This document shows positions 8,382-11,583 of a stretch of DNA of 11,583 bases, one piece after another. The notes under the pieces are model-generated. The model made no database searches. It saw only the letters and a program-made list of their open reading frames with translations, and had not been told where the DNA came from. This DNA is from an uncultured Myxococcales bacterium. GTDB taxonomy: Bacteria; Myxococcota_A; Bradymonadia; REDH01. Location of the stretch: the NCBI GenBank assembly GCA_965367675.1, contig CBDUJZ010000161.1, positions 1-11,583 on the forward strand, given 5' to 3'. Position 1 is the stretch's first letter. Every line of letters starts with the position of its first letter. The position numbers and the translations under genes are program-made.

Positions 8382-8786
8382 TTACTCGGGCGTGCGGTGA
8401 TCGATGGAGACCGAGTTGATGCAGAAGCGCACGCCCGTCTCGGTGGGGCCGTCGTTGAACACGTGACCCAGGTGAGCGTCGCAGCTGGCGCAGGTGACCT
8501 CGGTGCGCGTCATGCCGTGGCTGACGTCTTCGATGAACTTCACCGAGCCCTCGACCGCGCGGTCGAACGAAGGCCAACCGCAGTGCGCATCAAACTTGGT
8601 GTCCGACGTAAACAGCAGCGCGTCGCAGCAGATGCAGCGGTACGTGCCGTCCTCGAACTGGTTCCAGTACTTGCCGGTAAACGGCCGCTCGGTCGCCGCG
8701 TTCTGCGTGACTTCGAATGCGAGGTCGCCCAGACGTTCGCGCAACGCGGACGTGGCGGACGGAATGGAACGGGTGTCGTCACTCAT
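8382..8786 (-). CDS. msrB: Peptide-methionine (R)-S-oxide reductase MsrB, 134 aa
   Basis: Internal ATG at 8786..8784, preceded by a strong SD: AAGGAG (plus 8793-8798 reverse-complemented) with a 6-nt spacer. The track's 215-aa version extends upstream without support. Both zinc CxxC pairs are present ([11 protein letters not shown] and [13 protein letters not shown]). The resolving-Cys motif HCGWPSF and the catalytic-Cys motif [11 protein letters not shown] are the SelR/MsrB hallmarks. Stop TAA at 8384..8382. Confidence 0.92.
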   Translation of the reverse strand: MSDDTRSIPSATSALRERLGDLAFEVTQNAATERPFTGKYWNQFEDGTYRCICCDALLFTSDTKFDAHCGWPSFDRAVEGSVKFIEDVSHGMTRTEVTCASCDAHLGHVFNDGPTETGVRFCINSVSIDHRTPE

Positions 8787-8954
8787 CGGATGCTCCTTTG
8801 TTCTTGAGGTGACAGAATACATGGGCGCGGCCGCGATCGCACTCGTGGCAGCCCCCACGCGCAACGGCTCTACGGGCCAAGGGATTCGCGGCGTGAGAGG
8901 GTTGTGTGCGGGGGACATGTTGGCCTCGGTGATCCGCGGTTGCCCTCCTACCTC

Positions 8955-8969
8955 GCAACGTCCGTGCCA
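8955..8969 (-). promoter_or_regulatory. Candidate sigma-54 (RpoN) -24/-12 promoter driving the msrB-nfeD-flotillin-AAA+ gene string
   Basis: The reverse complement of plus 8951-8970 is TTGGCACGGACGTTGCGAGG, i.e. TGGCACG-N4-TTGC. This matches the RpoN consensus TGGCAC-N5-TTGC with exact GG/GC spacing. Predicted TSS is near plus 8943, giving a ~157-nt leader before the msrB ATG at 8786. It lies in the divergent intergenic region shared with a GAFTGA-containing bEBP gene. Confidence 0.55.
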
Positions 8970-9029
8970 AACTGCGCATCCCCGCGTTTGCTGGGGAAAC
9001 CCCGCCGAAGGATGCTGCGGACCACACAA

Positions 9030-9040
9030 CGTGTTACACG
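9030..9040. promoter_or_regulatory. 11-bp palindrome CGTGTtACACG, a candidate enhancer (UAS) or autoregulatory operator
   Basis: Perfect inverted repeat with 5-bp arms around a central T. It is centred ~92 bp upstream of the predicted sigma-54 TSS and ~35 bp upstream of the activator's own ATG. A related half-site GTCACAC recurs at 9056-9062. Confidence 0.3.
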
Positions 9041-9070
9041 GAATAACCGAAACCCGTCACACTGCGTAAC

Positions 9071-10870
9071 ATGCTTCAATCCAACGTATTGCTCCGGGAC
9101 GTGCTCCCCATCGCGCGCACGCACACCGACGGCGCGGTCGCCGGACATGTGAAGGCCGAGCTGTCGAGTCGGCTGGAGTTGGACGGGGTGCCGGTGGATA
9201 CGGTCGACGCGTTCTGCCAGGCGTTCGAGGTGTTCTCCCGCGCGCTGATCTCGGCGTCGATCCCGACCATCTATGGCCCGGAGTTCGCGGAGACCCTGGC
9301 CAGCATTCTATTCGGGCGCGACCCGCTGCTCACGCTCCTGAGCCCGCAGCTGCCCAACCGCCGCATCCTGATCGTGGGCGAGCGCGGCACTGGAAAGGAG
9401 TCGGTCGCCCGCGTGCTCAGCGCCGGCCTCGCCGCCTTTGGCGGCGGCCGCCCGGTGGTGGCGGTCAACGCGGCCGCGCTCCCGGACACGCTGCTCGAGT
9501 CGACGCTGTTCGGGCACGTGCGGGGTGCGTTCACCGGCGCGACTCGGGCGCGCACGGGGCTCATGTCGGAGCTGCATCCCGGCGGCGTGTTGTTCTTCGA
9601 CGAGGCGGGCGAAGCGTCGCCCGCGCTGCAGGCCAAGCTGCTGCGGGTGTTCCAGACCGGCGAGTACGCCCCCGTGGGCGCGCCCGAGGCACCGTCGCGG
9701 GCCGACTATCACGTGGTCGCCGCCACCAACGCCCCGCTCAAGGCGCTGCAGCTCGGCACCGCCATGCGCGCGGACCTGTTCGACCGCCTCGCCGCGCCGC
9801 TGATCGAGCTGCCGCCGCTGCGCACGTTGCTGCACGACCAAACGCGGGGCCGCGCCATCTTCCAGTGTCTGGCGATGGGCGTGATTCGGGAACTCGGCGC
9901 GACCGGGCGGACCGGCGCCGGCACGCCATCTGTGGTCCGCCGCGCGGGCGACCGGCGGGAGATCAACTTTGAGCTGTGGGCGACCCCGCGCGCCGCCCGA
10001 ATCGCCCGGAGCGTTCAAGAAGGCACCCAGGGCTACGCGTGGCCCGGCAACCTGCGCGAGGCGGCGCAGCGCATCCGTCAAACGCTGTTCATGGGCTCGG
10101 CGGCGCTCAGACCGACGAACCATCGCGCGGCAAGCGCGGCGCCCAAACCACCCGCAAACGCCATCGTGTTGACGGTGCCGGAGTCCGGCACGTTGAAGAC
10201 ACAATTGGAGGCCGCCGAGCGCCAACTGTACGCCCGCGCGGCCACGCAGCACGAGTCGATCATCGCGGTCGCCGATGCGCTCGGGGTCGCCCGGCAAACG
10301 GCATCCCGGCGCCTGAGCTACTTCGAGATCCCGGCGCCTGGTAGTTCGACCGATACGCCGACGAGCACGCCCCACGCCACCGTCCCGATGCCCACCCGAA
10401 GGCCGCTCGGCACGCCCAACGCCACCAACCACCCGGGCTCGGACGCCATGGGTCATCGCCCGCCGGACGCGTCCGTGTCGGCAGCGGTGTTCTCGCCGTT
10501 CACCGCGCCGCGCATCTCCCGCCGCTTGCTGGCGATTATGGAGCGCAGCGCGCCGCAACCGGACAACCTGACGGCAGCCGTGGTCATGCACGCCGAGGCG
10601 CTGCGCGCGGCGGTCGGCGACTATCCGTTTGTGGACCTCAAGCTCGTTTCGTCCATCGAGCACACGCTGCTGGAGCTCATCAACGACATCCTGCCGTCGC
10701 ACTCTGAACCCCACGTCCGGCTGGTGGCCGCTGCGGTCGCCTACTTTGTGGAGGTCGACGACGAGGACCACGACCTGTCGTCCGCGATCGGGCTGGATGA
10801 CGACGTGCGGGTGGTGAACGAGGTGGCCCGTGTGTTGGGGCGCGACGACCTGGAGATCCGCGTGGAGTGA
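9071..10870 (+). CDS. Sigma-54-dependent transcriptional activator (bEBP) with atypical architecture: no receiver/sensor N-domain, AAA+ sigma-54 domain, Fis-type HTH, then a P/T/S-rich linker and an extra acidic C-terminal domain
   Basis: ATG at 9071; in-frame TAA at 9044-9046; no obvious SD. Walker A is ILIVGERGTGKESVARVL (9361-9400). The GAFTGA loop is ESTLFGHVRGAFTGATRARTG (GAFTGA at nt 9524-9541). Walker B is GVLFFDEAGEASPALQAKLLRVFQTGEYAPVG. Sensor I is HVVAATNAPL. R-finger region is DLFDRLAAPLIELPPLR. Sensor II is YAWPGNLREAAQRI. The Fis-like HTH is ...HESIIAVADALGVARQTASRRLSYFEI at about aa 385-425. After it come a low-complexity stretch (PAPGSSTDTPTSTPHATVPMPTRRPLGTPNATNHPGSD) and a ~120-aa domain ending ...YFVEVDDEDHDLSSAIGLDDDVRVVNEVARVLGRDDLEIRVE. 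Only ~65 aa precede the AAA+ domain. Confidence 0.88.
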   Translation: MLQSNVLLRDVLPIARTHTDGAVAGHVKAELSSRLELDGVPVDTVDAFCQAFEVFSRALISASIPTIYGPEFAETLASILFGRDPLLTLLSPQLPNRRILIVGERGTGKESVARVLSAGLAAFGGGRPVVAVNAAALPDTLLESTLFGHVRGAFTGATRARTGLMSELHPGGVLFFDEAGEASPALQAKLLRVFQTGEYAPVGAPEAPSRADYHVVAATNAPLKALQLGTAMRADLFDRLAAPLIELPPLRTLLHDQTRGRAIFQCLAMGVIRELGATGRTGAGTPSVVRRAGDRREINFELWATPRAARIARSVQEGTQGYAWPGNLREAAQRIRQTLFMGSAALRPTNHRAASAAPKPPANAIVLTVPESGTLKTQLEAAERQLYARAATQHESIIAVADALGVARQTASRRLSYFEIPAPGSSTDTPTSTPHATVPMPTRRPLGTPNATNHPGSDAMGHRPPDASVSAAVFSPFTAPRISRRLLAIMERSAPQPDNLTAAVVMHAEALRAAVGDYPFVDLKLVSSIEHTLLELINDILPSHSEPHVRLVAAAVAYFVEVDDEDHDLSSAIGLDDDVRVVNEVARVLGRDDLEIRVE

Positions 10871-10894
10871 GGCGCACCAGCCGGACAGTCGCGC

Positions 10895-11583
10895 CTATCC
10901 GGCCACGCGCCACACCTCGGCGAACGGCGTCTGCGCGTAGGTCCCGCTGAACTCCACCACGTCGTCGGCCGTGAACCACAGGCCATCCGCGCCCGGGCCG
11001 TCGTAGGACACCATCGTCCGCAGGTTGCCCGACCGGTCGAACGTGCGCGTGGTGTAGTCATCCAGCTCATCGTCGCCGGTGCCCCAAACGCCGTCCGCGC
11101 CCGGTCCGTCCAGCGTCGCATCGAAACGCAGGCCGCCATTTTCGTCGATGTCGCGAATGCGACCGAAGCCGATCACGTCGTCCGCGGTAAACGGGATCCC
11201 GTCGTCGCCGAGCGCAACGGTGTGCCGTTCGATGTACCGGGTGGCGGACGTGTACTCCCACGCGATCGCGCCACCGCCGCCCACGAGGAACGTGTCGTCG
11301 TCGGTGAGCCAGATGCCGTCGGCGCCTGGATCGCTGCTGATGCCAAACCGGATGACGCGCCCTTCATCGTCGAGCTCCTGCCAGTCGACGCGCGAAATCG
11401 TGTCGTCCCCGGGGCTGTTCCCGCAGTCCGAGGTATCCCAGGTCTCGTCGGGCCCCCAATCGCTGTGGTGCACGGTGCCTTCAATAGACTCCCCTACCGG
11501 TCCAGCATCGGCGTCGGCGACGGTATCCGGCGAGGCGTCGCCGGGGACATCTAGGTCGCCGGTGTCGCCACCGATCACGTCGG
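10895..11583 (-). CDS. Asp/Gly/Trp-rich tandem-repeat protein, probably secreted or surface and Ca-binding-like; C-terminal 229 codons only (5' end outside window)
   Basis: Minus-strand frame stays open to the right window edge; the 'M' at 11578 in the track is an internal GTG. A ~35-40 aa repeat recurs at least four times: DPGADGIWLTDDD / GDDGIPFTADD / DGPGADGVWGTGDDELDD / DGPGADGLWFTADD. One EF-hand-like DxDxNG loop is present (DIDENGG). Stop TAG at 10897..10895. Convergent with the bEBP gene, 24 nt apart. Confidence 0.6.
   Translation of the reverse strand, partial: DVIGGDTGDLDVPGDASPDTVADADAGPVGESIEGTVHHSDWGPDETWDTSDCGNSPGDDTISRVDWQELDDEGRVIRFGISSDPGADGIWLTDDDTFLVGGGGAIAWEYTSATRYIERHTVALGDDGIPFTADDVIGFGRIRDIDENGGLRFDATLDGPGADGVWGTGDDELDDYTTRTFDRSGNLRTMVSYDGPGADGLWFTADDVVEFSGTYAQTPFAEVWRVAG

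Noticed and set aside
8829-8842. Overlapping GCGGCCGC and GCGATCGC palindromes in the msrB leader
   Set aside because: Short GC palindromes are expected by chance at this base composition. No repetition elsewhere in the window.
8837-8852. Plus-strand TGGCAG...ACGC resembling a sigma-54 -24 element
   Set aside because: GG-to-GC spacing is off by one and there is no TTGC -12 box. It is much weaker than the minus-strand site.
8787-9029. N-terminal extension of msrB to 215 aa as in the ORF track
   Set aside because: The extension ([11 protein letters not shown]...) has no MsrB homology. An internal ATG at 8786 has a textbook AAGGAG SD, and the extension would run through the sigma-54 promoter.
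9020-9070. Sigma-70-like TTACAC-N17-TCACAC promoter for the activator gene
   Set aside because: The -10 is poor (no TATAAT-like hexamer). Cannot be supported from sequence alone; kept only as context for the palindrome.
9308-10771. 487-aa minus-strand ORF
   Set aside because: Antisense shadow of the sigma-54 activator gene; Arg/Gly-rich junk with no motifs.
10880-10903. Inverted repeat GCCGGA-N12-TCCGGC between the convergent genes as a bidirectional terminator
   Set aside because: 12-nt loop, no flanking T/U run, and it overlaps the stop codon of the right-hand gene. Not convincing as an intrinsic terminator.
1-11583. Mobile elements, CRISPR arrays, tRNA or rRNA genes
   Set aside because: No terminal inverted repeats, transposase or integrase motifs, repeat-spacer arrays or tRNA-like cloverleaf candidates were seen. 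The window is fully accounted for by six protein genes plus short intergenic regions.

Overview
GC-rich bacterial window (roughly two-thirds G+C, strongly G/C-ending codons). The long '+' ORFs in the left 8.8 kb read as arginine/leucine/histidine-rich nonsense and are antisense shadows of genes on the '-' strand. Real content, read on the minus strand from right to left: a short divergent control region (8787-9070) carrying a near-consensus sigma-54 -24/-12 promoter pointing leftward. It is followed by four collinear genes: msrB (8786-8382), an NfeD/YqiJ-like membrane protein (8327-7482), a YqiK/FloT-like flotillin (7376-5277), and one uninterrupted ORF of at least 1727 codons (5183 to the left window edge, no stop in window). 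The ~400 C-terminal residues of that ORF visible in the window include a MoxR/CbbQ-type AAA+ ATPase. Divergently transcribed on the plus strand (9071-10870) is a sigma-54 enhancer-binding protein with an intact GAFTGA loop. It has no receiver or sensor N-domain. An Fis-type HTH is followed by an extra P/T/S-rich linker and an acidic C-terminal domain. At the right edge a convergent, 5'-truncated minus-strand gene encodes an Asp/Gly/Trp-rich tandem-repeat (likely Ca-binding, secreted) protein. No tRNA, rRNA, CRISPR or IS/transposase signatures were seen. The most interesting hypothesis is a PspF/PspA-like module: a dedicated sigma-54 activator driving a flotillin (SPFH) + NfeD + MsrB + giant MoxR-AAA+ operon, i.e. 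a candidate membrane-microdomain stress or remodelling system. The precedent is SPFH-AAA+ partnerships such as HflKC-FtsH.
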